64,000 nt of DNA from an uncultured Chloroflexia bacterium (GCA_963797095.1 CAWCNY010000002.1:704001-768000), one strand, 5' to 3'. Shown: positions 9,246 through 19,072, numbered from the stretch's first letter. A program made the numbers and translations. The notes: generated by a model not told the origin, from the letters alone.

Positions 9246-10838
9246 ATGGGGCAGACAGGAACAAATGGTTCACAGCACGTGGAGACAGCGCTAGCCTCGG
9301 AGCGTGTGCCCAGTATTGAGAGGTCTGATCTCCCGCCTTCGGCGTCTTCGTCCTTCGGACTGCTGGTGATCCTCGCCGGGGTGTCGTTCGTTGCCCATAT
9401 GCTGGTCGCTGGCAACTACGGATACTTTCGCGACGAGTTGTACTATATCGCCGACGGTCAGCACCTGCAGGCAGGCTACGTGGATCAGCCGCTGTTGATG
9501 GGCTGGCTCGCCGCCCTTATGCGTGTGATTGCCGACGATAACCTGGTGGCGATCCATGTCATCCCGGCACTGGCCTGTGCCCTGATTATCATCATCACCG
9601 GCCTCATGGTGCGCGAACTGGGCGGTGGCCGGGTGGCGCAGTTGGTGGCTGGCGTGACAGCTCTATTCACTGTGGATTTCATGGCCACCGGGTCTCTTTT
9701 CTCCATGGACGTGCTCGATCAGCTCTGGTGGGCGCTCGCCAGTCTCATACTGATCCGCTTGCTGCGGCAGGAGCGGGAGCGGGAGCGGGAGCGGAACATG
9801 AATGCATCACGCCTGTGGCTGCTCATGGGGCTGGTCATGGGTATCGCCTTGTTGACCAAGCTGACCGTACTCTACTTCGGGGCGGCGCTGGCCCTGGCGC
9901 TACTCGTCACGCCCGAACGTCGCTATCTACGCACACCCTGGCCGTGGTTGGCGGGTGGCATTGCCTTCGTGGGTCTGCTCCCCTACCTGATCTGGAACGC
10001 CCTCAACGGGTGGCCCACATTGGAGTTCTGGCACAACTATGGAGTCAGAAGCGGCCCGCTCGATTTCTTCTCGGCTCAGATCCTCCAGATGAATCCTATC
10101 GCCCTTCCCCTGGCAGTGGCGGGCCTGGTGTTCTACTTTCGGAGTGCAGGCGCGCGGTATCGCCTGCTAGGGTGGGTGTTCGTTTTTGCTTATCTGATAC
10201 TCACCCTCCTGGGCACGAAGGCGTACTTCCTCGCCCCTGCCTATCCCATCCTGTTCGCGGCAGGAGGAATAGTGTTCGAGCGACTTCGCCTGCGGCGGTG
10301 GCTGGGCTGGATTAGGCCCGCCTACGTCGCCCTGTTGGCCATCGTCGGCGCCTTGCTTGCGCCCGCTATCATGCCTATCCTGTCACCGGCCGCTGTCGTG
10401 GCCGCCTATGGACCCTTATCGCAGCCACTCTCAGACCGGCTTGGCTGGGACAGCCTCACGCGAACAGTGGAGCAGGTTTATGACGCTTTGCCGCCTCAGC
10501 AACGTGCGCAGGCGTGTGTGCTGACCAGCAACTATGGGGAGGCCGGCGCACTCCAACAACTGGCCGCGCCCGGGCGCCTCCCACCGGTCATCAGCGGCCA
10601 CAACAACTACTTCCTCTGGGGACCTGGCGCGTGCACGGGTCAGGTGCTCATCGCGGTCGGGTATTCCCCCGCCGACTTCCAGGCCCCGCCCACCCACTAC
10701 GCTCACATCACTCTTGCCGCCACCGAACGATGCGACTACTGCATCTCCTACGAGGATAACCTTCCGATCACCGTGGTATCCGGCCCAACGGAGTCGAATC
10801 CCATTCGGCTGTGGCCGTCGGTCAAACACTATGAATGA
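9246..10838 (+). CDS. GT-C membrane glycosyltransferase (PMT_2/ArnT-like, family 39/83-type)
   Basis: YGYFRDELYY, GYVDQP, many TM helices, NYGEAGA, SGHNNY(F)LWGP; start position uncertain. Confidence 0.85.
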   Translation: MGQTGTNGSQHVETALASERVPSIERSDLPPSASSSFGLLVILAGVSFVAHMLVAGNYGYFRDELYYIADGQHLQAGYVDQPLLMGWLAALMRVIADDNLVAIHVIPALACALIIIITGLMVRELGGGRVAQLVAGVTALFTVDFMATGSLFSMDVLDQLWWALASLILIRLLRQERERERERNMNASRLWLLMGLVMGIALLTKLTVLYFGAALALALLVTPERRYLRTPWPWLAGGIAFVGLLPYLIWNALNGWPTLEFWHNYGVRSGPLDFFSAQILQMNPIALPLAVAGLVFYFRSAGARYRLLGWVFVFAYLILTLLGTKAYFLAPAYPILFAAGGIVFERLRLRRWLGWIRPAYVALLAIVGALLAPAIMPILSPAAVVAAYGPLSQPLSDRLGWDSLTRTVEQVYDALPPQQRAQACVLTSNYGEAGALQQLAAPGRLPPVISGHNNYFLWGPGACTGQVLIAVGYSPADFQAPPTHYAHITLAATERCDYCISYEDNLPITVVSGPTESNPIRLWPSVKHYE

Positions 10839-10841
10839 GCA

Positions 10842-11312
10842 ATGCGAGGGCGCCAGGCGCCGTCCCCGCAAGTCACTCCCCCAAGACGGGTACCACGCCG
10901 ACACGAGCTGGGAGAGGAAGGGGAAGAGGAAGGGAAAGAGGAAGAGAAGACCTCGTTGAAGGTGCTTCTCAAGTCAATAGCTACAAGGTGGCCAAAGCCA
11001 GGAACTGCGCAAGCCCTTGAGCCGCTATGGCTGAGCCGCAAGGGTGGAGCACTCACAAGCTCAGCGATAGGTCAGATGATGGGCGAGCTTGTGAAGGCGG
11101 CGGGCAAGTTGGTGCCACAAGAAACCAGTGCCCACTCCCTGCGCCACACTTTTGCGCGAAGCTACCTATCTACATACCCAGGAGATGTGGTCGGACTGGC
11201 AACGCTACTGGGGCACAGCTCCCTCGATACGACCCGCCTCTACAGCCAGCCTGCCGTATCCCAGTTGGCAGCTCGTGTAGAAAGACTCTCCCTCAACGCC
11301 TATTCCGGGTAA
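10842..11312 (+). pseudogene. C-terminal fragment of a tyrosine recombinase/integrase
   Basis: HSLRHTFA (H-x-x-R) and LLGHSSLDTTRLY (H/Y). Box I Arg and the core-binding domain are absent; recognisable homology only from ~11010. Confidence 0.8.
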
Positions 11313-11355
11313 TCCCGGTAAGCCGGACAGTTGGTTCACAGTTGAATTGGGTGAA

Positions 11356-11400
11356 TGTCCGGAACGGACCACTGGCTCCGACGTCTCCAGTGAGACGCAC
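11356..11400 (+). promoter_or_regulatory. Putative ECF sigma promoter upstream of the YCII-ECF42 operon
   Basis: TGTCCGGAAC-N16-CGTC; the ~45-bp block recurs at 13301-13345. Confidence 0.7.
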
Positions 11401-11462
11401 CACACACGTGCCCGCGGACCCGCAGAGAGGATGAGATGAAACGAGAGACAAGGAGAGACCAC

Positions 11463-11891
11463 ATGAAGTACATGATCTTGACCTACGCCTCGCAGGAGGA
11501 CTATGACACCCTGGCGGGGGCAGCCACTGGCACAGCCACTGACAAGTCGGCCTGGTCCGCGGAGGACGTTGCGGCGATGGGCGCATTCATGGAGGCGTTC
11601 AACAAGGATCTGATCGCGTCCGGCGAGCTCGTGGACACGCGCGGTCTGAGCGCCCCGGTCCACGCCAGGCGCGTCCGGCTGCAAGAGGGTGTGCCGGTCG
11701 TGACAGATGGGCCGTACGCCGAGACCTACGAGGTCCTCGCCGGCTACTGGATTGTGGAGTGCGACAGCTTCGATCGGGCGACCGAGATCGCCGCCCGGCT
11801 GGCTAACTGCCCCGCTCCCGTTGGCGCTGCACAGACTGCCGTGGCGGACGTCCGGCCGATAGCCGAGTCCCTGGCCGAGCTGGAACTCTGA
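11463..11891 (+). CDS. YCII-related (DGPF-type) protein
   Basis: MKYMIL start with AGGAG RBS; VVTDGPYAET.EVLAGYWIVEC motif; adjacent to an ECF42 sigma. Confidence 0.9.
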   Translation: MKYMILTYASQEDYDTLAGAATGTATDKSAWSAEDVAAMGAFMEAFNKDLIASGELVDTRGLSAPVHARRVRLQEGVPVVTDGPYAETYEVLAGYWIVECDSFDRATEIAARLANCPAPVGAAQTAVADVRPIAESLAELEL

Positions 11892-11893
11892 CC

Positions 11894-13144
11894 ATGCCCG
11901 CGAGCGAGATTGAGGACCTGCTGCGCAGACTGGCGCCCCAGGTCCTCGGCGCGGTGGTCCGGCGGTACGGGCATTTCGATACCGCCGAAGACGCTGTGCA
12001 AGAGGCTCTGATCTCGGCGGCCCTGCAGTGGCCGCAGGACGGCATCCCGGAGAAACCGCGTGCCTGGCTGATCATGGTGTCCTCACGCCGGTTGACCGAC
12101 CTCCTGCGTAGCGAGCAAGCGCGTCAACGCCGTGAGGACACCGTCGTCCAGTGGACACCGTCTGACCACTGGCTCGCGCCCGCCGCCGACCTGACGGCAG
12201 CGGAGTCTGCGGAGGCTGATGACACCCTCATACTGCTGTTCATGTGTTGCCACCCCTCGCTGTCGGTGGCCTCGCAGATCGCACTTACCTTGCGGGCGGT
12301 CGGCGGTCTCAGCACCGCCGAGATCGCTCGTGCATTTCTCGTGCCCGAAGAGACTATGACCCGGCGCATCAGCCGGGCGAAGCAGAGTATCAAGGAGAGC
12401 GGCCTGCCCTTCCGCCTGCCCACAGGCGCAGAGCGTTCGCAACGGCTAGGCGCGGTTCTCCACGTGCTCTACTTGATCTTCACCGAGGGCTATGTCAGCA
12501 CGGCGGGGCCGAGCCTGCACCGCAGTGAACTGGCCGCCGAGGCGATCCGGCTGGCGCGCATGGTCCACCACCTGTTGCCAGAGGACAGTGAGGTGACGGG
12601 GCTGCTCGCGCTCATGCTGCTCACCGATGCTCGCCGTCCCGCGCGTGTCGGGCCGGGTGGCCAACTGATCCCACTGGCTGAACAAGATCGAAGCCTGTGG
12701 AACGCCGCTCACATCGCCGAGGGCGTGGCCCTCGTCACCGATGCCCTTCCCAGGGGAGCAACCGGCCCGTACCAGCTGCAGGCGGCGATCGCGGCGATCC
12801 ACGACGAAGCGCCCAGCGCCGAGGCGACCGACTGGCCACAGATCATGCTGCTGTATGAACTGCTGATGCGCCTCTCCGACAACCCCGTGGTGGCGTTGAA
12901 CCACGCTGTCGCGGTCGCCATGGCCCGCGGCCCGCAGGCAGGGCTCGTCCTCCTCGACGAACTCCGGGCCGACAAACGAATCGCCGAAGACCACAGGCTC
13001 TGTGCGGTCCGCGCGCACCTGCTGGAGATGGTGGGGGAGCGCGCAGCGGCGCTTGACGCCTACCACGAAGCAGCCCGCCGCGCTACCAACCTCGCAGAGC
13101 AGCGCTACCTCCACGCCCGAGCCGCCCGCCTCACCGACGACTGA
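11894..13144 (+). CDS. ECF42-type RNA polymerase sigma factor with C-terminal TPR-like extension
   Basis: AEDAVQEA, LLFMCCHPSL, ALTLRAVGGLST.EIARAFLV, YLIFTEGY, GPYQLQAAIAA, TDWPQI. Confidence 0.9.
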   Translation: MPASEIEDLLRRLAPQVLGAVVRRYGHFDTAEDAVQEALISAALQWPQDGIPEKPRAWLIMVSSRRLTDLLRSEQARQRREDTVVQWTPSDHWLAPAADLTAAESAEADDTLILLFMCCHPSLSVASQIALTLRAVGGLSTAEIARAFLVPEETMTRRISRAKQSIKESGLPFRLPTGAERSQRLGAVLHVLYLIFTEGYVSTAGPSLHRSELAAEAIRLARMVHHLLPEDSEVTGLLALMLLTDARRPARVGPGGQLIPLAEQDRSLWNAAHIAEGVALVTDALPRGATGPYQLQAAIAAIHDEAPSAEATDWPQIMLLYELLMRLSDNPVVALNHAVAVAMARGPQAGLVLLDELRADKRIAEDHRLCAVRAHLLEMVGERAAALDAYHEAARRATNLAEQRYLHARAARLTDD

Positions 13145-13300
13145 CGACCCCTGAATCCTGCCTTGCACCGCCCTCGCCCTCAGTGTCAGGAGCGCGACCA
13201 CAACCGGGACGGCCACGACGACGAGGCTAAACATTCAAACATTCACGAAAACTCACAAGAAGACTCACAAGAAAACTCACGAAAATTCAGAGTGAGTGTA

Positions 13301-13345
13301 TGTCCGGAAAGGGCCGCTGGCTCCGACGTCTCTAGTGAGAGGCAC
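13301..13345 (+). promoter_or_regulatory. Second copy of the putative ECF42 promoter
   Basis: TGTCCGGAAAGGGCCGCTGGCTCCGACGTCTCTAGTGAGAGGCAC, near-identical to 11356-11400. Confidence 0.7.
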
Positions 13346-13388
13346 AACCGAGGTGCCCCACAGAACAGGGAGTGAAAGGAGACGGACA

Positions 13389-13760
13389 ATGACGCAGACA
13401 ATGACAAACCCATGCACAACCATCGACGAGTACATCAACTCATGCCCCGCAGATGTCCAGCCCATACTGGAGCAAGTGCGCCAGGCGATCCGCAAGGCCG
13501 TGCCCGCTGCCGGCGAGACCATCAGCTATGGGATGCCAACCATCACCTTCAAGGGCCGAGACCTGATGTCCTTCGCAGCATGGAAGCACCATATCGGTCT
13601 CTACCCGCTACCGGCCCTGGAAGGGGCATTCGCGCAGGAATTCGCGCCCTACAGGGCGGCTAAGAGTGCGGTGCATTTCCCGCTGAGCCAGCCCCTGCCG
13701 GAGGACATAATTGCACGATTGGCAGCCCTCCACGTCACGCAGCGAATGGATAGCAGGTGA
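13389..13760 (+). CDS. DUF1801/YdhG-like protein
   Basis: TIDEYI..QPILEQVRQAIRKAVP.AGETISYGMPT..FAAWKHHIGLYP; AAGGAG RBS. Confidence 0.85.
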   Translation: MTQTMTNPCTTIDEYINSCPADVQPILEQVRQAIRKAVPAAGETISYGMPTITFKGRDLMSFAAWKHHIGLYPLPALEGAFAQEFAPYRAAKSAVHFPLSQPLPEDIIARLAALHVTQRMDSR

Positions 13761-14031
13761 TGATCCTGCTCGCCGCGGGAAGGGATGAACGGACCATGGT
13801 AGACCGATGCGCCTTGTGGGCCGTAGCGCGCACGAGTGAAGCGGAAAAGGACGTAGAGAAGGGAAGAAGGGAAGAAGGGAAGAATGGAGGAAAGATATGA
13901 ACGGAGTTATTTCAAACAACGGTGCAGTGAGGGTCTCGCTGCCCAAGCATTAGTTCAGAGAATTAGGGATTCTCGTTACATATCTTCGTGCTGGCCTTAC
14001 CCTCTCACCATTCACCATACATGACGATCCA

Positions 14032-14802
14032 TCACCCTCGTTGCCCATCCCGAATTAGCATGGACACGCCGTCCAAAATGCGCTCCAGCCCAAACGTCAG
14101 GGCGAAATTGGGATTGGACGCGCCTTCATACTGCTGGCTCGAGGCTGTGCCGACGCGTTCGGCAACTGGAAAGAGGCTACCGTCAATTAGTCTTGCCAGA
14201 ACAGGCTCCTGTAGGACCCACCATTCGGCGTCGGTCATGCCGCTTTCGCGTTGGGTACGATCTCGGATTACGTGGGCGCGGGCGCAGCCTTCAACGTGGG
14301 CAAGGACAAGCGTGAGGGTAGAGTCCATCTCGACATCGCTCAGGCCCAGCCCGTCGAGGGGACGTAGCTCGGCCTCGTACTTAAGGGTGGTATGTGGGCC
14401 GAGGATGGGCCACCCTACCGTGATTTGCAAAATCCAGGGGTGCTTCAGGTAAAGATCCCAGTTGCGGCGCGCTATGAAGCGTAACGCCTCGCGCCAATCG
14501 CCGGGTTGCTGCGAAGGCTCCTCGACGCTCGTGTACAACTCGCCATATGCCGCGTCGAGCATAAGGTCAATCAAGTCGGCCTTGCTTGGGATGTGCGTGT
14601 ATAAGGACATTGTGCCTACCCCTAGCCTCTCAGCAACATTCCGCATCGAAAGGGCCTCGATCCCTTCCTCGTCGGTGAGACGGGTGGCGCTCTCGACAAT
14701 TGCCCGAGTTGTGAGGCCTGAGCGCCCGGGGTTGGTATGCGAGCCCCAAAGTAAGGACAGCCTGCTGGCGGGATTGGATAACGAGGCGTTCTTCTTGTTC
14801 AT
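14032..14802 (-). CDS. TetR-family regulator (TetR_C type)
   Basis: IVESATRLTDEEGIEALSMRNVAERLGVGTMSLYTHIPSK HTH; FGLERILDG C-terminus; divergent from the ABC exporter. Confidence 0.92.
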   Translation of the reverse strand: MNKKNASLSNPASRLSLLWGSHTNPGRSGLTTRAIVESATRLTDEEGIEALSMRNVAERLGVGTMSLYTHIPSKADLIDLMLDAAYGELYTSVEEPSQQPGDWREALRFIARRNWDLYLKHPWILQITVGWPILGPHTTLKYEAELRPLDGLGLSDVEMDSTLTLVLAHVEGCARAHVIRDRTQRESGMTDAEWWVLQEPVLARLIDGSLFPVAERVGTASSQQYEGASNPNFALTFGLERILDGVSMLIRDGQRG

Positions 14803-14821
14803 TCGGTGCTCCCTTGCTCCC

Positions 14822-14876
14822 TTGACATCCTTTACCGTACAGTGTACACTATCTTGCTAGCGTACGCTGTACGGTA
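14822..14876 (+). promoter_or_regulatory. Sigma70 promoter overlapped by paired TetR operator half-sites
   Basis: TTGACA(14822)-N17-TACACT(14845); inverted repeat TACCGTACAGTGTAC (14833-47) / GTACGCTGTACGGTA (14862-76), 14/15 match. Confidence 0.8.
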
Positions 14877-14904
14877 CATGCTACGGAAAGGGAGAGGCAG
14901 AGGT

Positions 14905-15897
14905 ATGAACACTCGTAAACCCGACTATGCCATCGCAGCGCAAGCAATCCGCAAGCGTTACGCCGGGACTAAGGGCGTGGTGGCTCTCGATGGGTTTGAT
15001 CTCCAGGTGCGGTCCGGTACGGTGTGCGGGCTGCTGGGGCCGAACGGTGCCGGGAAGACAACCGTCATCAAGATACTGGCCACGCTCTTGCAGGCGGACG
15101 CCGGGAAAGCGTGGGTGGCCGGGTACGATGTCAGAACGGAGGGGAGGCAGGTCCGGCAGAATATCGGCCTTGTGGGTCAATACGCAGCGGTCGACGAGAT
15201 ATTGACCGGGCGGCAGAACCTGGCCATGTTCGGGCAGCTCAACCATCTCTCTCACAGGGAGGCGCACAAGCGCGCCGATGCTTTGCTCGAGCAGTTCGCT
15301 TTGCTCGACGCGAAAGATCGCGCAGTGAGCAAATATTCGGGCGGGATGCGTCGCCGCCTCGACCTGGCGGCAAGCTTGATTGTTTCGCCACCGGTCCTTT
15401 TTGTCGACGAGCCGACGACGGGGCTTGACCCGGTGGGGCGGCGCGAGGTATGGGCTTCGATCCGATCACTGGTCGCGGGTGGCGCGACGGTGCTGCTCAC
15501 AACGCAGTATCTGGAAGAAGCAGACCAGTTGGCCGACCGGATAGCTATGCTCAAAGATGGAAGGGTCATCGCCGAAGGGACACCGGATGCGCTGAAATCG
15601 GCGCTGGGCGGCGACTGGCTTGACATTGCCCTGGCCCCTGACAGCGACCTGGACGCCGTGACGCGTATCGTGCTGGGGGTTGCGTCGGGCGGGGCAGCAG
15701 TGGACAGGGATAGCATGCGAGTCAGCGTGCCCGTCAATGACACGACGCGCGCCTTGATCGCTGTCGCCACTGCCCTCTCCGAGGCGCGGATCGAGCCGAA
15801 GGACATCTCATTACGCAGGCCGACCCTCGACGAGGTCTTTATCCATCTCGCGGGCACTTCTGCATCCCATGCGACCGATAAGGAGGTACTAGCATGA
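14905..15897 (+). CDS. DrrA-like ABC exporter ATP-binding protein
   Basis: GPNGAGKT, YSGGMRRRLDLA, FVDEPTTGLDP, LLTTQYLEEAD, RRPTLDEVF. Confidence 0.93.
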   Translation: MNTRKPDYAIAAQAIRKRYAGTKGVVALDGFDLQVRSGTVCGLLGPNGAGKTTVIKILATLLQADAGKAWVAGYDVRTEGRQVRQNIGLVGQYAAVDEILTGRQNLAMFGQLNHLSHREAHKRADALLEQFALLDAKDRAVSKYSGGMRRRLDLAASLIVSPPVLFVDEPTTGLDPVGRREVWASIRSLVAGGATVLLTTQYLEEADQLADRIAMLKDGRVIAEGTPDALKSALGGDWLDIALAPDSDLDAVTRIVLGVASGGAAVDRDSMRVSVPVNDTTRALIAVATALSEARIEPKDISLRRPTLDEVFIHLAGTSASHATDKEVLA

Positions 15898-16733
15898 GTA
15901 CGGCGCTCGCTGCAACGCGCACAACTCACACAGACACTCCACTGACGAGGCTAAGGTGGGTGCTCTCGGACGCGTGGGTAGTAGCCAGGAGGGACATCCT
16001 GCATTGGCGGCGGCAGCCGGGAAGCGTGATAGTCGGCTGGGCCTTCCCTGTCATGATCGTGCTGATGTTTGGGTTTCTGTTTGGCGGAGCGATACGCGTG
16101 CCCGACAATGGGGCGTATTTCGATTTCCTGATGCCTGGAATGTTCGCGCTGGCGATGCTCTTTGGCTTTGAGGCGACGATGCTTGCCGTCACGACCGACG
16201 CCGCTAAAGGCGTGACTGACCGCTTCCGCTCAATGCCGATGAGCCAGTCGGCGGTGGTCATGGGGCGGTGCATAGCAGATATGCTCAATTCAGTTGTAGG
16301 GCTGGCGGTGCTGGTCGTGACGGGTCTCATCCTGGGGTGGCGGTGGCACGGCCGGTGGGGAGATGCGCTGACGGCGTTCGGGCTGCTGTTGCTCCTGCGT
16401 TTCGCGCTACTGTGGGTGGGCATATACCTGGGGCTGACCGCGAAGGGGCCGGAAGCGTCAACGTCAGTGCAAATCCTTATCTGGCCCTTCGGCTTCCTCT
16501 CAAACGTCTTTGTAGACCCGGCGACAATGCCCGCCTGGCTGGGAGCAATCGCCCGGTGGAACCCTCTATCGGTAACGGCCTCGGCGACACGAGAGTTGTT
16601 CGCCAACCCAGGCTGGGGCCAAGACTCGTGGATCGCCGAAAACGCGGTGGGGATGGCGATTGTGATACCTCTACTTATCATCGTCATATTCCTGCCTCTT
16701 TCAGCGAACAAATATCGCACGCTCAGTCGATAG
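15894..16733 (+). CDS. DrrB-like ABC-2 permease
   Basis: Six TM segments, GVTDRFRSMPM, MPAWL..IARWNPLS; 4-bp overlap with the ATPase gene. Confidence 0.92.
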   Translation: MSTALAATRTTHTDTPLTRLRWVLSDAWVVARRDILHWRRQPGSVIVGWAFPVMIVLMFGFLFGGAIRVPDNGAYFDFLMPGMFALAMLFGFEATMLAVTTDAAKGVTDRFRSMPMSQSAVVMGRCIADMLNSVVGLAVLVVTGLILGWRWHGRWGDALTAFGLLLLLRFALLWVGIYLGLTAKGPEASTSVQILIWPFGFLSNVFVDPATMPAWLGAIARWNPLSVTASATRELFANPGWGQDSWIAENAVGMAIVIPLLIIVIFLPLSANKYRTLSR

Positions 16734-16909
16734 CCGGTGGCTGGAGTGATACGTGAGACTCAGGCATGAGTTATCCCGAATATTGCGCCGATGCTTGGCA
16801 AACAAGCCCATTCATTTTCGGGGGCGGCCTTGATCCGACCATCACGCTGCCCGCTGCTCCTCTACCGCCTGACACTCCACCCTCATGCTTATGCCTGGAT
16901 ACCATCGCT

Positions 16910-16990
16910 CTGCAAATCAACAGCTTGCGGACCGTGACCAAAGAGGTGGTGGAGACCGCACGGGAGAGTCTGGTGCTTGGGCAAGCGTAA
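16910..16990 (+). pseudogene. Extreme C-terminal relic of a transposon AAA ATPase (Tn552/TniB-like)
   Basis: LQINSLRTVTKEVVETARESLVLGQA* resembles, from memory, the C-terminus of ATPases paired with Mu-like DDE transposases; only 26 aa long. Confidence 0.5.
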
Positions 16991-17185
16991 AAGGGAGGGA
17001 GGACGGTCTCAAAATCGTTCGTTTGGTGCGATTCTTGTTCTCGTTTGAGAACGCTCTAGGAGGATTGATCTGATGAGGGGCCAGCATGCTGGCCCTTGCT
17101 TTTGTGCTAATCTGCTGATCGGCTGCCACATGCCGCGTGCCCATCAGCGCAAAGAACGGAAGAAGGCTTGCAGATCCGCCGCGTA

Positions 17186-17704
17186 TCAAGCCCTGATTGA
17201 GGACCTAGTGGTGCCGATTTCCCTCTCGTCCTGCTTCCCCGGCTTGGAAGCAATGAACTCCTGGGAGCGTTGGACTGCTCGCGTGAGAAAATCTGCGAGG
17301 GTCGCTAATTGCTCATCGCTGTACCTCTCGAGCAATTCCCGAAAGGTCTCATTCAAGGGGTGAAACATCTGTTCAAGCTCCGCAAGCCGTTCCTGGTTTG
17401 GTTCCACAATGACCCGGCGACGGTCATGAGGGTCACGTACGCGCTGCGCCATGCCTTTGCTTTCGAGTCGATCAAGCAAGCCGGTCACCGAAGGGGTAGT
17501 CAAGCCGGTGTGAGACGCGATCTCACCAGCCGTCAGAGGGCCTCGCTGACTAAGCAGAGAGAGTGTCTTCTCTTCGGTCGCTCCTAGCCCGACGCGCTCA
17601 GCCATCCTGGTGTGGAAAAAGATGGCCAGCGTGCTACTGTCGCGACTGGCCTGAAGCACCGCTTCAATGAGACGCTCTCGGAGCGACTGGTGACTTGACA
17701 TCAT
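17186..17704 (-). CDS. MarR-family regulator
   Basis: GPLTAGEIASHTGLTTPSVTGLLDRLESKG..RVRDPHDRRRVIV. Confidence 0.92.
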   Translation of the reverse strand: MMSSHQSLRERLIEAVLQASRDSSTLAIFFHTRMAERVGLGATEEKTLSLLSQRGPLTAGEIASHTGLTTPSVTGLLDRLESKGMAQRVRDPHDRRRVIVEPNQERLAELEQMFHPLNETFRELLERYSDEQLATLADFLTRAVQRSQEFIASKPGKQDEREIGTTRSSIRA

Positions 17705-17729
17705 TCTTCTCCTCGTATATACTTAGGGA

Positions 17730-17763
17730 AAACTAATATCTAGCTTTGACTAGATATTAGTTT
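17730..17763. promoter_or_regulatory. Putative MarR operator
   Basis: Perfect 14-bp inverted repeat AAACTAATATCTAG-N6-CTAGATATTAGTTT in the divergent promoter region. Confidence 0.75.
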
Positions 17764-17886
17764 CGTCTCATCTATTCTATTTTATCACAAGGCGGAATGA
17801 CTCGGCGGTTCTGCCCGCTTATCAAACTTTGTTGGGAGGGTTGGGAGGATGGAGCAGCAGAGGCTTCCCGAAAGGACTAGAAAGTG

Positions 17887-18308
17887 ATGAAGAATACACA
17901 GCAACCACAGCAGCCACAGCAACCAGAGACAGAACCGGATACATTCGCAGCTCTGCGAACCACCAACGTCGCACTGCTCACGACCTTTCGCCGCAACGGT
18001 CAGGGGTAGGGACCCCGGTTGGGATCAAGCTTGCAGAAGGGAAAGCATACTTCACCACCTGGTCCACCACCGGCAAGGTCAAACGGCTCGCCCGCAATCC
18101 ACGGGTGACCCTGGCTCCCTTTACGAAGATGAGGAGGAAAGTGATCGGCGCCACGGTCGAGGGGGTTACTCGCCGTCTTGAGGAGGTGGAGGTAGAACAG
18201 CTCTCCGCCCTCTTCAAACCTGGCCTCTGGGATCGCCTGTGGCAGTGGATCTATCACCTGCGCGGATGGCAGGCAATCCACTATGAAGTGTCGCCACCTG
18301 ACGCCTGA
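17887..18308 (+). pseudogene. PPOX-class (pyridoxamine-phosphate-oxidase-like) F420-dependent protein, frameshifted at ~18003
   Basis: The ATG 17887 frame reads ..VALLTTFRRNGQG*; adding one G to CAGGGGTA joins it to VGTPV..TTGKVKRLARNPRVTLAP. Confidence 0.8.
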
Positions 18309-18362
18309 GCGAATGTCCAGACGTTCTCCTTATTTGATTTGTTGAAACACCTGGAGTGTTGT

Positions 18363-18839
18363 ATGTTCCTTGCTCTGCTCATTGTCGTTCAATGGCTTCA
18401 TATTTTCACTGGGATCGTCTGGTTTGGGGGCTACGTCTTACTTGACTTCGTCCTCTGGCCCACATTGTTGCGGCTGCCCATCCCACAGGCCAAGAGCACG
18501 AGCGCCTTGATTACCAGGTTTGCCGGGCCAGTGATGGCAGCAAGTGGCACGTTGGTCGTCCTGTTGGGCATCATCAGGGGAATCGTGCTCGGCCCTATTC
18601 AATCGCTCAGCTTTCTGTTCACCTCAGCCTATGGCATCACCTGGTTGATCGCACTGCTTGTCTCGTGCCTGTTGATTGCCTGGGGAGCCGGTTGGCATGA
18701 TCGAGCGATCGGTCTCGTGTGGGAGGAGGATCGTCTCAGATCAGGTGCGGTGGGTCGTTTGCGTCTGGGCACCATCTTCGAGATGACCTGCTTCGGCCTC
18801 GTGCTCGCCTGTAAGGTCGTGATGGGTGTCGCCATGTAG
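18363..18839 (+). CDS. Four-TM membrane protein (CopD/DUF2269-like)
   Basis: WLHIFTGIVWFGG motif, four hydrophobic helices. Confidence 0.7.
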   Translation: MFLALLIVVQWLHIFTGIVWFGGYVLLDFVLWPTLLRLPIPQAKSTSALITRFAGPVMAASGTLVVLLGIIRGIVLGPIQSLSFLFTSAYGITWLIALLVSCLLIAWGAGWHDRAIGLVWEEDRLRSGAVGRLRLGTIFEMTCFGLVLACKVVMGVAM

Positions 18840-19072
18840 GTGAACGATGGGTGACGATAGGTGACGATAGGTGACGAGGGCTGTGGGAGGTGCGCCTGGC
18901 ATCGCTGTCCATGTCGTCGCTGTCCATGTCGTCGCTGCCGGGTGGCCGTGTGCCTCCTTCTCTTTTATCAGGCGCTCCTGGACGAGCGCCACTCTGCCCA
19001 CGCTGCTTAATGGTTGTTCCAGTTCCCGACCGACACGATCGTGGACGCCACTAGATCGAGGAGGATAATGAT

